DNA of 46,304 nucleotides from a virus. Taxonomy: Duplodnaviria; Caudoviricetes. Position 1 is the first letter of the stretch, and each line of letters begins with the position of its first letter. The DNA lies in the IMG/VR virus record IMGVR_UViG_3300028145_000137, positions 1 through 46,304 of that record, one strand, 5' to 3'. The notes under the pieces were generated by a model. It made no database searches and was not told the DNA's origin. It saw only the letters and a list, made by a program, of their open reading frames with translations. Both the position numbers and the translations under genes were made by a program. This document shows positions 34,463 to 44,032 of the stretch, piece by piece.

Positions 34463-35719
34463 CTATCCTCGAATCCCGATAGAAAGGCCAGTTCGTTTAC
34501 CCGCTGTTGCAGTGCCATGAATAGAACCCCCTCCAGTACCTGACTGAGCGAAGGAAAGCACCGTTGCATAGTGGTAGCCCTCCGCTAGCCCATTCTTTGT
34601 TTGGCCCAACCCCACCGAAATAATTGCTAATGTGGCACTGATAACAAAGCTACCTTCTTCTGGGGTTGTTCCATCGAAAGCGAGTGCAATATAGATTTGG
34701 TCGGTAATGACATTCAAAAATGCTCCTCCGCCCAAGTTAGTCACCACAGCCTCCTCCGCCCAAGTTATGAACTCCACCCGTACTTCTGTGTTTATCTCCG
34801 CCCAAGCTGCCGATGTGGCGAGCGCGCGATTGGCGGTGAAGACATTCATAGTGCCGAGTAATCGGCGGTTAAACCATGAAACTGTAAATCGTTGCGTGAG
34901 GCTGTCGGCAAACTGCGATGAACCGTTTGTGCGAATCATCCCTACAAGAGTTCGAGTATCATCCCCAGACTTCACCTCAACACCAACATTGCCGGCTGTG
35001 CTGGATGTTGCGTGCGTGGTGGTGGAGAAGTCCGCCGTGACAGTGCCGGAGTTGCTGAACGCATACACATAGTAGAGGGTGGAGGCGGCGAGGTTCTGCC
35101 CACCGGTCCCATTTACGAAGACGGATGTGTTGGCAACGCCGGCTATACCTGCGGAGGGGATTTGGAAGAGTGCACCATTGATCTTGATGAGGTCACCGTT
35201 GTAAGGGGCGAATTTGATCGCCGTGGTGCTGACGAACGTAAGCCTCCCACAAGCCGGAGGAATCGCTTCAGTGAGGCTTGTGCCCCCATTTGCGACCGGA
35301 AGGACACCAGTGACCTGGGAGGTCAAGACAACCAACCCAGGGACTGTCTTCCAATTGCCGCTTGAGTCGGTGACTACCCACCCATGGGCGTGCGTGTAGG
35401 TAAGTGTGTCTCCTACCGAGAGGGTGATCTTGACCAAGATGCGCAATGTACCGTTGTCGTTCTCCCGCACTGTAATGATCGCGGCGACAGTGTCGGCATT
35501 GTAGATGTTGATGCTATGGACTTCGCGCTGTGTCGAGGCTGCTGGTGCGGCGGCAATCGTGACAGTGCTGGTGCTATTCGTGGCAGAGGTTGTCTTGCCC
35601 GGCGTGAATGTCGTAGTGGTCTTGTCCGCGAACGAGACAACGATGGGGAGCTGGTTCGTCGTGATTGCGCCCGCGAGGACGACTTCGAGGGAGGTGGTAG
35701 TGTTGTCGAGAGTGAACAT
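34463..35719 (-). CDS. Tail fibre / receptor-binding protein
   Basis: 418 aa, Thr/Ser/Gly-rich. SQVTGVLPVANGGT fibre motif, CGRLT, TLYYVYAF, RTLVGMIRT, VSWFNRR. Confidence 0.65.
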   Translation of the reverse strand: MFTLDNTTTSLEVVLAGAITTNQLPIVVSFADKTTTTFTPGKTTSATNSTSTVTIAAAPAASTQREVHSINIYNADTVAAIITVRENDNGTLRILVKITLSVGDTLTYTHAHGWVVTDSSGNWKTVPGLVVLTSQVTGVLPVANGGTSLTEAIPPACGRLTFVSTTAIKFAPYNGDLIKINGALFQIPSAGIAGVANTSVFVNGTGGQNLAASTLYYVYAFSNSGTVTADFSTTTHATSSTAGNVGVEVKSGDDTRTLVGMIRTNGSSQFADSLTQRFTVSWFNRRLLGTMNVFTANRALATSAAWAEINTEVRVEFITWAEEAVVTNLGGGAFLNVITDQIYIALAFDGTTPEEGSFVISATLAIISVGLGQTKNGLAEGYHYATVLSFAQSGTGGGSIHGTATAGKRTGLSIGIRG

Positions 35720-35720
35720 G

Positions 35721-35912
35721 TCAGTAGACTAGGGCTGCTTCGAACATGAGGGAAATCTCGGTGCCGCCAACTGCGGAGATGAGCCGCTTGGAGGCATCCG
35801 TGGATACAGCGCTGCTGGCCGTCAACCCGCTGATGATGAGGTTGCCGGTGATGGTCAAGTCTCCAGACGCGGGGATCAGTGTCTCGTTTGGGTGATCTGT
35901 GGTGATGCTCAT
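35721..35912 (-). CDS. Small fibre-like protein
   Basis: AGGAG RBS; ISGLTASSAVSTDASKRLIS fibre-type motif. Confidence 0.5.
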   Translation of the reverse strand: MSITTDHPNETLIPASGDLTITGNLIISGLTASSAVSTDASKRLISAVGGTEISLMFEAALVY

Positions 35913-35933
35913 GTAGGCTCCTGTGTGGGTGGA

Positions 35934-37562
35934 CTACGATTCCATAATCTTTGTCATCCGGACATTACCAACCCAACGAATCGTCTTGCCGGCCTCCCCT
36001 GTGACAGTAGGATAGACCGCCCCGGTCCCGGTGTCGACTGCAGCGCCCACGTCCCATGTAGCTGCGCCTGCGTCCTTGGTCAGGATGGTTTTGACTGTCG
36101 AGCCCACGAATGCGACGGAGCCCACTCCTGTATCCCGCTTCGCGGAGAATCGAAAGTTCCAGCTAGCGTTGGTGGAGTGCGCATCCGTCCGCCGCGCGAT
36201 GATGTTGATGTCGAAGTCCCAAGACGAGTTATCCACCAGAACAATCTGGCCGCCAGGATTAACACCTGTCGGATTCGCGCTCGTGGCGCAGCCAAGTGGT
36301 GTGAGAGTCGCATTCGTAGTCTGCGCCCGCATCGGGAACATGCCGACTTTGGCGGTCCCGGATGTACCCGCGACGAAGTTGCCTTGGCTCCACGAGCACT
36401 CGCCTGCGAAGTCTGTGTTGGAGCCGGTGCCGAGGCTGACGAAATTGTTGACGGCGCCATTCGCGCCGAAGGGTTGGCCGCCATTCCTGTACGTGCCGAT
36501 ATGGACGGCGTTCTGCGCGTTGCTTAGCAAAATGGGTGTAGGAGAGGCAGAGATGCTGATGCTTGCATTGCCGTTGTTGACCGCGTTGCCGATAACGACT
36601 GTGTTGGATGCGCCGCACCCTGCGCTTGGGCCGATAGCGATTGAGTTGGAGAAAGTGCAGGAGGCTGCGTGGCCAATGGCGACTGTTTCTGCTGCCGAGG
36701 CTACTGCGTTCTGGCCTACGGCCAAGGCATTCGTAGCGCTCGCACTGGCCGATAGTCCAATTGCAGCGGCATTGGTTCCTGTTGCTGAAGCGCTTTGGCC
36801 CAATGCCAATGCATTGGCGAAGGTTGCTTGAGCACTCTGTCCAATTGCGACAGAGTTGCTGCCACTTGCTGTAGCGCTAACCCCCTTCGCTAGAGAGTTG
36901 AGTCCGCTTGCGGTTGCGCCAAAGCCCAGCGCAATAGCAGCAGTGTTGGACGCTACAGCATTCTGCCCAATCGCCTTGGCGTTTGTTCCTGTAGCTTGTG
37001 CATTGAGGCCAATTGCGATGGAGGGAGAGCCAGAGGCTAGAGCGCCATGACCGATAGCAATTGCGTCGGTGCCGGAGGCCACAGGCGGGGCTGCGATCAG
37101 ACTTGGATAATCAATCGCGAAGCCCAAGGAGGCGAGTGTGCGATAGATAGGCGTAACGCCTACACCTTGACTTGCGAACACTTGGCCATCGGCTACGTCG
37201 GCTCGGCGGGCGAGCGTCGTTGTGGTGTTCGCGTAGAGGATGTCCCCGACAGCGTAGGAGCTAAAGCCGGTGCCGCCATTGGTAGCTGGTAGTGTGCCAG
37301 CAACACCCTGCACCCCGAGGGTCTTGTACTCTATATCCGTCCCAGCACTATTGACTCCGAGGAGTTGGTTGCTTGAGCCGAGCGTGGGCAGGACTGTGAG
37401 GGTAGCGAGTTTCTCCCATAGGCGCTGGAAAAAATCTTGCCAAGTCCAGTTAGTTCGGGGGATTACATCCGTGACTTTCTGGTCCTTGTCCCGCTTGATG
37501 TCCAGGTCAGCAATTGTCTGGCCAGTTGGTGGAGGGGGTAAGGAGGAAAAACGCGCCATCAA
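35934..37562 (-). CDS. Tail fibre/needle with YadA-head-like repeats
   Basis: N-terminal LPPPP...WQDFFQRL anchor, GTLPATNGGTG..SYAVGDILYA, and about 12 repeats of 14 aa, AIGxxAxAxxxxAx. Confidence 0.75.
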   Translation of the reverse strand: MMARFSSLPPPPTGQTIADLDIKRDKDQKVTDVIPRTNWTWQDFFQRLWEKLATLTVLPTLGSSNQLLGVNSAGTDIEYKTLGVQGVAGTLPATNGGTGFSSYAVGDILYANTTTTLARRADVADGQVFASQGVGVTPIYRTLASLGFAIDYPSLIAAPPVASGTDAIAIGHGALASGSPSIAIGLNAQATGTNAKAIGQNAVASNTAAIALGFGATASGLNSLAKGVSATASGSNSVAIGQSAQATFANALALGQSASATGTNAAAIGLSASASATNALAVGQNAVASAAETVAIGHAASCTFSNSIAIGPSAGCGASNTVVIGNAVNNGNASISISASPTPILLSNAQNAVHIGTYRNGGQPFGANGAVNNFVSLGTGSNTDFAGECSWSQGNFVAGTSGTAKVGMFPMRAQTTNATLTPLGCATSANPTGVNPGGQIVLVDNSSWDFDINIIARRTDAHSTNASWNFRFSAKRDTGVGSVAFVGSTVKTILTKDAGAATWDVGAAVDTGTGAVYPTVTGEAGKTIRWVGNVRMTKIMES

Positions 37563-38143
37563 ATCACCGACTTCGCCCGCATGCGCGCCTCTTTCTCGCT
37601 CATCCCTCGTGCCTTGAGCATGTCGATGAGTTGCTGTTCTTGCTTCGGAGTCTGCTTCCCTCGCACACTCTGCTGCGCTGGTGCTGCGCCAGGCGCAGCC
37701 GGCATGGCGCCACCCCCCACAACCAAGTCCGACATATCCCCGCCGACATCTTTGCCAAGGCGGTCCATCGCTGCCCGAGTTTGTGCGCTTACCCCGCCAT
37801 AGGCATCAGGCGCTTGCGCCATGAGCATGTCCTCGGGCTGGAGTCCGGCTTGCTCCTTGAGCATCCGCTCCTGTTCTAACCGGCGCTGGCGCAGTTGGTC
37901 GCCCATTGAGCCGGGGGCAACAAGTTCATCGGCCTTTCGCTCGCCCGGCTGCGGAGGGGCTGGCTGCTGCGGCCGCCCAAACAATCGCTGTAGCAATGAC
38001 CCCTTCGAATCCGGCGCATTCGCGGCCATCTGCATCGGCTGTTCGCCACGTGAGGCTGCAAGGAGCGCCAACTCCTCCTCGGAGGGCTCCTGCCGACCTT
38101 GCTGCGCAAGTATGTACTCCATCATGCTCGGGACTTGGTTCAT
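37559..38143 (-). CDS. Hypothetical low-complexity protein of the ejection/tail module
   Basis: 194 aa, Q/A/M/P-rich; ATGA coupling. Confidence 0.55.
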   Translation of the reverse strand: MNQVPSMMEYILAQQGRQEPSEEELALLAASRGEQPMQMAANAPDSKGSLLQRLFGRPQQPAPPQPGERKADELVAPGSMGDQLRQRRLEQERMLKEQAGLQPEDMLMAQAPDAYGGVSAQTRAAMDRLGKDVGGDMSDLVVGGGAMPAAPGAAPAQQSVRGKQTPKQEQQLIDMLKARGMSEKEARMRAKSVI

Positions 38144-41100
38144 CGAGTGATCCTTTTCGATTGTCGTTGACGGCGGCGGGCGATTTCCATTCGTGTTCTG
38201 CGCTTTGCTTCCTCGCGTTCCTGTAGTGAGCGCCCGTGGATGGGTACGCCGAGGGCACCGGAGACTGCTTCAGCACCACGTCCTTGGGCGACCTCTTGCA
38301 CTCCAATTGGTAGCATTCCCTTTACGGCGTGACCGATTCGGCCGGGAATGGATTGATCCGCCATTGGAGGGGCACCCTTTGTGGAAATATACTCCTTGCC
38401 GAGTAGCTGAGCTGCAGCCTCCTTTGGCACATAGCCGAGTTTGTTGACAGCTGTGCCAGTTGGGTCTTGCAGCCAATGGAAGATCTCTGTGAAATGCTTC
38501 GCGACCTGAATAGTGCGGCCATCCGGCAGATAGACCATTGTTGGGTCCTTGTTGTCCCAGAAGTGGGTTCCGGTGAAATGCTGCTGGAGCCCCTCCATGA
38601 CTGCCGCTGTCATTAGTGCGCCGCCGAGGAAGTACCTGCGGTAGATGTCCTCGGCTACGGACAGCTTTGTCCCAGGGATTGCGGACTTGGCTGTCGCTTT
38701 CATTCCTTTGTAGCCAGCGCGGACTGTGGAGGTTACCCAATCTGGGGCGAGTAGGCCAACGCGTAGAAGGCGTAGCCCCTCTGGGTTGGTCATACTGGCA
38801 GAGAGATTGTGCAAGAACTTCGACTCAATCTCCCCGCTCACTTGGCGCCAATTCAGCCCACCGAAGAGGTCATTCGTTGCACCCGCAACCTCACGCATGA
38901 CTTGGCTTGGCGAGAGGGCTTTGTAGGTTGCATCCTTGGCGAGCTTGCCTGCTTCCCGCTCAAGCGCCTTAGTGTAGGCCACATTCGCGGTGGCGAGCTT
39001 AATTGCTGGGTGGAGGTATTCCCATAGGAAATGGTTGAGGCCCTCACTCAGCTTTGCGACTCCCTTGACAGGGAGGGAGGCAACCTTCCCTGCAACAGGG
39101 ATTTTCTCCAGGCCTGAGATAAGAGCATCCGATAGCTTAGCCCATGCGCTGGTGTCCATATCGAATCCATGCGCATCAACCTTCAAGCCCCCTCGAATTG
39201 CTTGATCGACGAAGTCCCCTGCTTTGCCCTTCCGCAGCATCTCCACCATTGCGGGGATCTTGGTCAAGGTCTTGGGCGAGCCGAGGCCGAGACCAATGCC
39301 TAGCCCTACTTCAAGTAGCGACTTGATGTGAAAGCCGCTGAAGTTCAAGAGACCTTGCTTTGCTGCTGCACTCACCGCAGTTGCAGCTTGCAGGTAGGCA
39401 GGGATGCTGGTTGCGTGGAATAGATAGGAAAGCGACGGGGCCATGTCCGGATGGACAAGCATCCCTTGCATCTGCGGGCCTGGTAGCGGGGCGTAGTCCG
39501 CAGGGGCATCTGCTCGATCCATTACGGGTCTAGGACGATCAGGAAGTGCTTCAGCTGCTTTAAGTTGTTTCTCTGTTTTCGCCGCCTTGATTGCTTTGTT
39601 ACGGATAGCCGCGAGGCGGGCATCTTCACCAACACCGACGACATTTGTGGTTTTGAGGGTCTCAAGCAGCTCTTTATTCGCCATAGACTTTCCAAGACTT
39701 CGGCCATAGATGCGAGCAATTTCGGCAATGTCCAAGGTCTGGGGCTCTAGGCCTAGTTCAATCCCTTTTGCGTATGAAGGGATCAGGCGGTCCTCCGCAA
39801 AGCGACTCGTTCCACTCACTGACTTGTAGTAAGCCCGCGCTTTGCCCTCATCCTTCCACAGTTGGGTTACGTAGCTTCCGTCGTCGATAAGGTCGTCAAG
39901 GACGCCCATTTTTTGCGCTGCGTCCCCAAATTCGGCCATCTCTTTTTGGAATAGCTCAGCCGCCGCACGAGTATTCCCCTTTAGCTGCTCAACATGCCCA
40001 CCTTGAATCGCGTGGATAAGTTGCTCACGCGCAGCAGCATCCGGCACAAGTTCCTTGATCGCGTAGGCTAAGCGATCCGATGCGAGGCTAATTCCCGCAG
40101 TCATTGCTTCGTGCGCACTCATGATATTGTCGATCTGTCCTGCAATTGCCGGGTCGCGCTTTAAGGCGGCGAAGCGCTCGCGGGCCTGGCCGAGCTTCTC
40201 CATCCCTTCGCTCACTAAGTGCCTCCCAGCTTTGGCTGCAAGCCCCCCACCAAGCGCGAGGGCTGCACCGATTGCTGCCCCCTTCCCTTTGTCATCGCTC
40301 AAGTAGCCGCCGAGGGCTGCGCCCCCTAGACCAACTGCAACCCACTTAGCCATCTCAGGGTCGAAGACACCACGCTCCTTCCACCCAGGCGGCAAGCCAC
40401 GCCGCTCAGCCTCCATCTGCGCTGCGGCTTTTCTGGTAAACTTTTGCAGAGATTTATCGACTTTAGGGAAGGCTTCATTAGCAGCTCCCCCGCGCAGGTC
40501 TTGTAGGTGTTTTTGATGCGCATCTTCCAGATGCTTGATAACCTCCTCAAAGTCTGCTCCGCCTTTCGCTGCGGAAGCAGCTTCCGAGATTTTCTCCCCA
40601 ACTGCATTAGAAACTGGCCCTTTCGTGAGTTCGCTCATGTATAAACGAACTTCATCCCGTTCTGCCTTCCCTATTTTTTGTCCTATGGATCGGTCTCGGA
40701 GGGCGTCTGTTATATCTGTTACAGTGGTATCGGGAAAGCTGCGTTCTTTGGGTCCGGGTGCAGGTGGCTGTGCCTCCTCTAAAACCTTCGGCCCCTCTAT
40801 CTTGGCGAATGTGTCAAGCGGCGCTTCGGGGAGCTTGCGCTCAATCCACGCCTTGGCTTGGGAGGGTGTCATCACGTCCGCTGCTTTCTCCCCTACGCCC
40901 AGCTCGGGCAACACACTCCGATAGGCTTGAATGTCCGTGAGTTCTTTCGCCTGACTGGGTGTGAGGGATTTCTTTGCTGAGAGGAACTCCTCTCTCGCTG
41001 CGAGTGCGGATGGCTCTTCACCATGCCCCTTTGCCTCCCCACTTGTGATGCGCTCTTGCGCTGCCAGGCGCTCAGCTGCTGCTTCATCTCGGTAGGGGGC

Positions 41101-42081
41101 GGCTGCATCGGCGAGGTCTTGGGCCTTCGACTTCTCCATTCCCCCCTTCACAAGAGAGTCCCGCGCCGCATTGATGGCATCCTCTCCCCTCGCTACTGCT
41201 GCTGCGACTTCGTCAGCCAACCCACTTGGCTTCGCCTTCACCATCATGCCGCCGACAGTGAGCATCCCACTAAGTCCTGCAGCCATAGCTGCGCCGATTT
41301 TCATATCCTGGCCGAGCTTTGATGGGTCGATGAAGCCTGCTTTGTCGAGTTGATCTGCTGCAGAGACGGCACCACCGACGCCTGCGCCTGTGAGGCCTAC
41401 TTCGGCTGCGCGCCCGACTGCCGCCCCAACCTTCGCTGCTGTTGCGCCTAGCTTTGCGCCCATGCTGCCACCTGCGATAGCCAGTCGCCCACCAAGGGCC
41501 TCCCAGAAGACCGGAAGAAGGAGGTATGGGTCCGCAACAACTGTGTTTACGAATTCGCCCGCGAATCTCCCAGGATTCGCCTTCGCTGCTTCAACAAGAC
41601 CCTTCACAGAGAAGTCCTTCACAGCCTCGGCTGCACCATGCACCAACTCCCCGACAGGCTTATCGAAGACTCCTTTCTTGTAGGCACTGGCTAGATGGGC
41701 TGGCAGCGACTCCTGCGTCCACAACTGCCATGGGTTTTTGAGGGTCTCCATGAAGCCCTGCGGCTCGGCTGGGGCAGCGGCCTCCGGCGCAGCATACTGA
41801 GACCATGGCCCATTAGCTTCCAACTTATCTGAAGCAAGCGCCATTGATAAGCGTGTTTGCTCTTCTTTCAATGGGCCTGTTTGCTTCTCTACCAGCCCCT
41901 TCCGAGCAAGCTCCTCGTTAACTCGCCCAAGATTCTTCGTTTGATCTCGCGCTTCTATTTGGGCAGTTTGGGCTACTTCTTCAGGGGATTGAGCTACTCG
42001 CTCGGGTAGTTGCCCATAGCTATACCCCTCCTGCGGGACAGGTTCTTCCATCCCCCCATACTGCTCCCATGGCCCAGCCAC
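38140..42081 (-). CDS. Large internal virion / DNA-ejection protein
   Basis: 1313 aa, Ala/Gly/Lys-rich and helical; AGPWEQY / GPWSQY N-terminal motifs; last of three ejection-type genes. Confidence 0.7.
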   Translation of the reverse strand: MAGPWEQYGGMEEPVPQEGYSYGQLPERVAQSPEEVAQTAQIEARDQTKNLGRVNEELARKGLVEKQTGPLKEEQTRLSMALASDKLEANGPWSQYAAPEAAAPAEPQGFMETLKNPWQLWTQESLPAHLASAYKKGVFDKPVGELVHGAAEAVKDFSVKGLVEAAKANPGRFAGEFVNTVVADPYLLLPVFWEALGGRLAIAGGSMGAKLGATAAKVGAAVGRAAEVGLTGAGVGGAVSAADQLDKAGFIDPSKLGQDMKIGAAMAAGLSGMLTVGGMMVKAKPSGLADEVAAAVARGEDAINAARDSLVKGGMEKSKAQDLADAAAPYRDEAAAERLAAQERITSGEAKGHGEEPSALAAREEFLSAKKSLTPSQAKELTDIQAYRSVLPELGVGEKAADVMTPSQAKAWIERKLPEAPLDTFAKIEGPKVLEEAQPPAPGPKERSFPDTTVTDITDALRDRSIGQKIGKAERDEVRLYMSELTKGPVSNAVGEKISEAASAAKGGADFEEVIKHLEDAHQKHLQDLRGGAANEAFPKVDKSLQKFTRKAAAQMEAERRGLPPGWKERGVFDPEMAKWVAVGLGGAALGGYLSDDKGKGAAIGAALALGGGLAAKAGRHLVSEGMEKLGQARERFAALKRDPAIAGQIDNIMSAHEAMTAGISLASDRLAYAIKELVPDAAAREQLIHAIQGGHVEQLKGNTRAAAELFQKEMAEFGDAAQKMGVLDDLIDDGSYVTQLWKDEGKARAYYKSVSGTSRFAEDRLIPSYAKGIELGLEPQTLDIAEIARIYGRSLGKSMANKELLETLKTTNVVGVGEDARLAAIRNKAIKAAKTEKQLKAAEALPDRPRPVMDRADAPADYAPLPGPQMQGMLVHPDMAPSLSYLFHATSIPAYLQAATAVSAAAKQGLLNFSGFHIKSLLEVGLGIGLGLGSPKTLTKIPAMVEMLRKGKAGDFVDQAIRGGLKVDAHGFDMDTSAWAKLSDALISGLEKIPVAGKVASLPVKGVAKLSEGLNHFLWEYLHPAIKLATANVAYTKALEREAGKLAKDATYKALSPSQVMREVAGATNDLFGGLNWRQVSGEIESKFLHNLSASMTNPEGLRLLRVGLLAPDWVTSTVRAGYKGMKATAKSAIPGTKLSVAEDIYRRYFLGGALMTAAVMEGLQQHFTGTHFWDNKDPTMVYLPDGRTIQVAKHFTEIFHWLQDPTGTAVNKLGYVPKEAAAQLLGKEYISTKGAPPMADQSIPGRIGHAVKGMLPIGVQEVAQGRGAEAVSGALGVPIHGRSLQEREEAKRRTRMEIARRRQRQSKRITR

Positions 42082-43142
42082 TACACTTTCTCCCAGGATT
42101 TTGGGTCAGCGGGATTGCCCCCTTTGAAGCGATAGCCTTGCTGGACTTCGCCAGCCTTAGGGGCTGCAGGGGCGGGAGCCTTGGGGGCTGCTTGGGGCGC
42201 AGGTTGCGCCATTCCACCAGGCTTAAATGCTGCAGGTTGGTCAAAGACTGGACCTGAGCCGATCAAGTTGAAGAACGATCCCGCCTGGGGCATCCGCAGT
42301 TCGCCCTTGGAGATCATCTCATTGTAGGCATCCGAAAGGAGGGATTCGAAATCCACACCCTGGGCTTCCGGGGTGCCCACCTTTGCTTTCGCAATTGAGG
42401 CAGCTTTGGCCGCGGCCGCGTCTTGGGCCTGAAGCGACAATCTTCCAAATCCTTCCCCCAAAATCCCGCCCAAGACTTGGAGCGCCTGCAGCCTGTCCTC
42501 CCTCTTTGGAATACTCGCCTGCGCCTTGATGCCCTCACGCTTCAATGCAGCATCCTGACTCCGTCGAAGCTCCACCTCTTTCGCAAGTTGGATACGGGCC
42601 TGCCGGGCTTCCTCCAAGTCGACCATCTTTGTCTGGGCCTCTTGCCGGATAGCCTGCTCCTTTGGGGTCATTGTGGCTGAGATCGCAGCCTCGATATTCG
42701 GCTTGTCGACTTCATAGTTCCCGGTGAACCACTTCGGCTTCTTCCCACCGCTTGCCAAGTACTGCAACATCGCAGGGCGATACTCGTCCTGAGACTGGAC
42801 GCCGCCTAGATAGTTCTCCAGCGGGTGCGCCGGACTTGTTCCGGCGGGAGGCATGCCCAGTTGGTCCCTTAGCCTGGCATCACTGTAAGCATTCCCTGTC
42901 GCTGCGAGGCCCCGCCCTTGTTGCTCCCGCAACTTCGCTTCAGAGTACTGTCCGCTCTCTTGAGACATCTTCTGCAGGGCAGTTGGCTCATTGGCCTGTG
43001 CTAGAATCTTCTGCCTTTGTGCCTCTACAGAGGCCGATTGCGCGACTTGCTGCTGGCGCTGGCGATCTTCCTCTGCCGTGATATCCCCTTGGTAGTTCCG
43101 GGTCTGCGTCGCCAAGAATTGAAGAAGGGAGTCTGCGCTCAT
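42081..43142 (-). CDS. Internal virion / ejection protein
   Basis: Q/A-rich helices; C-terminal GEVQQGYRFKGGNPADPKSWEKV motif. Confidence 0.65.
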   Translation of the reverse strand: MSADSLLQFLATQTRNYQGDITAEEDRQRQQQVAQSASVEAQRQKILAQANEPTALQKMSQESGQYSEAKLREQQGRGLAATGNAYSDARLRDQLGMPPAGTSPAHPLENYLGGVQSQDEYRPAMLQYLASGGKKPKWFTGNYEVDKPNIEAAISATMTPKEQAIRQEAQTKMVDLEEARQARIQLAKEVELRRSQDAALKREGIKAQASIPKREDRLQALQVLGGILGEGFGRLSLQAQDAAAAKAASIAKAKVGTPEAQGVDFESLLSDAYNEMISKGELRMPQAGSFFNLIGSGPVFDQPAAFKPGGMAQPAPQAAPKAPAPAAPKAGEVQQGYRFKGGNPADPKSWEKV

Positions 43143-44020
43143 GCCAGGAACCCCTTAGGCATATTCGCCTGCTGTTGAACGAGGGACAGGCGGTTTTGCG
43201 CATCACGCATTTGTTGCATTTGTTGTTGCAGCAACTGGCTTTGCATCTCACCCACACCTACTTGCTGTTGGCCCTGGAGGGCGCCATTTTGCAATGCTGT
43301 GAGTTCGTATGGAAGCTTCTGCGTTTGGACTGCCTGATTGAATCCTGTCTGCTGCTCAGCGAGTTGCTGGCCTGGGATTTGGGCAAGGATGCCGGCCGAG
43401 GAGGCAGGAGAGCCTGCATTCACTCCTGCGAGCATTGCAAGGCGATTGAATTGGTTTCCATACTCTTGGCCTGCGATGTCTTGGCCTTTCTTCTGAAGCT
43501 CTTCCAGGATGTTCCCAGAGCCGAGGAATCCCTGTGCAGCCATGGAGCGAGCAAGCGCATCGGTGCCACCCTTCATTCGGGCTTGGACTGAGGGATCATT
43601 CGCTACTGCGCTGGCGCCACCCTGCATGAGGTTGTTGAGTTGGGTTTGGTATTGGCCACGTTGGGCAGCCCAGGGGTCAGCAGTGGCGGCAGCGGATTGG
43701 AGGAGGGTGGCGGAGGATGGGCCTGCTCCTGCTGCACCCCCTGCGCCCGCTCCCGTCCCTCCTCCATAAGCTGTCCCTGCCGCGCCACTTGCCCCGGCTT
43801 GCAGCGCCGTCGGCATCCCTGTAAGGGGCATTGCTCCCGCTTGTGGATTAGTGCCTGATTGAACCGCGTCGCCCTGCAGGTAGCCATACTGAATTAGTTG
43901 GTTCCGCAGATTCCCCGAAATAGCGCTCGGGTCCTGGCGGACGCGCTGGAGCATTTGCTGAAAGTCGGGACTCCCTGTCGCGGAGGTCCCGCCGGTGTAG
44001 GGGTTTGCGAAAGATAGCAT
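43139..44020 (-). CDS. DNA transfer / pilot protein
   Basis: G/A/Q-rich; DPSVQ.R...G..AL.RSMAAQGFLGSGN.L..LQ..GQ.IA.QEY. Confidence 0.7.
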   Translation of the reverse strand: MLSFANPYTGGTSATGSPDFQQMLQRVRQDPSAISGNLRNQLIQYGYLQGDAVQSGTNPQAGAMPLTGMPTALQAGASGAAGTAYGGGTGAGAGGAAGAGPSSATLLQSAAATADPWAAQRGQYQTQLNNLMQGGASAVANDPSVQARMKGGTDALARSMAAQGFLGSGNILEELQKKGQDIAGQEYGNQFNRLAMLAGVNAGSPASSAGILAQIPGQQLAEQQTGFNQAVQTQKLPYELTALQNGALQGQQQVGVGEMQSQLLQQQMQQMRDAQNRLSLVQQQANMPKGFLA

Positions 44021-44032
44021 TAGGGTGCTCCT

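Noticed and set aside
35719-35723. Read-through or frameshift joining the 63-aa ORF to the 418-aa fibre
   Set aside because: TGA-C-ATG places the ORFs in different frames and no slippery sequence is visible.
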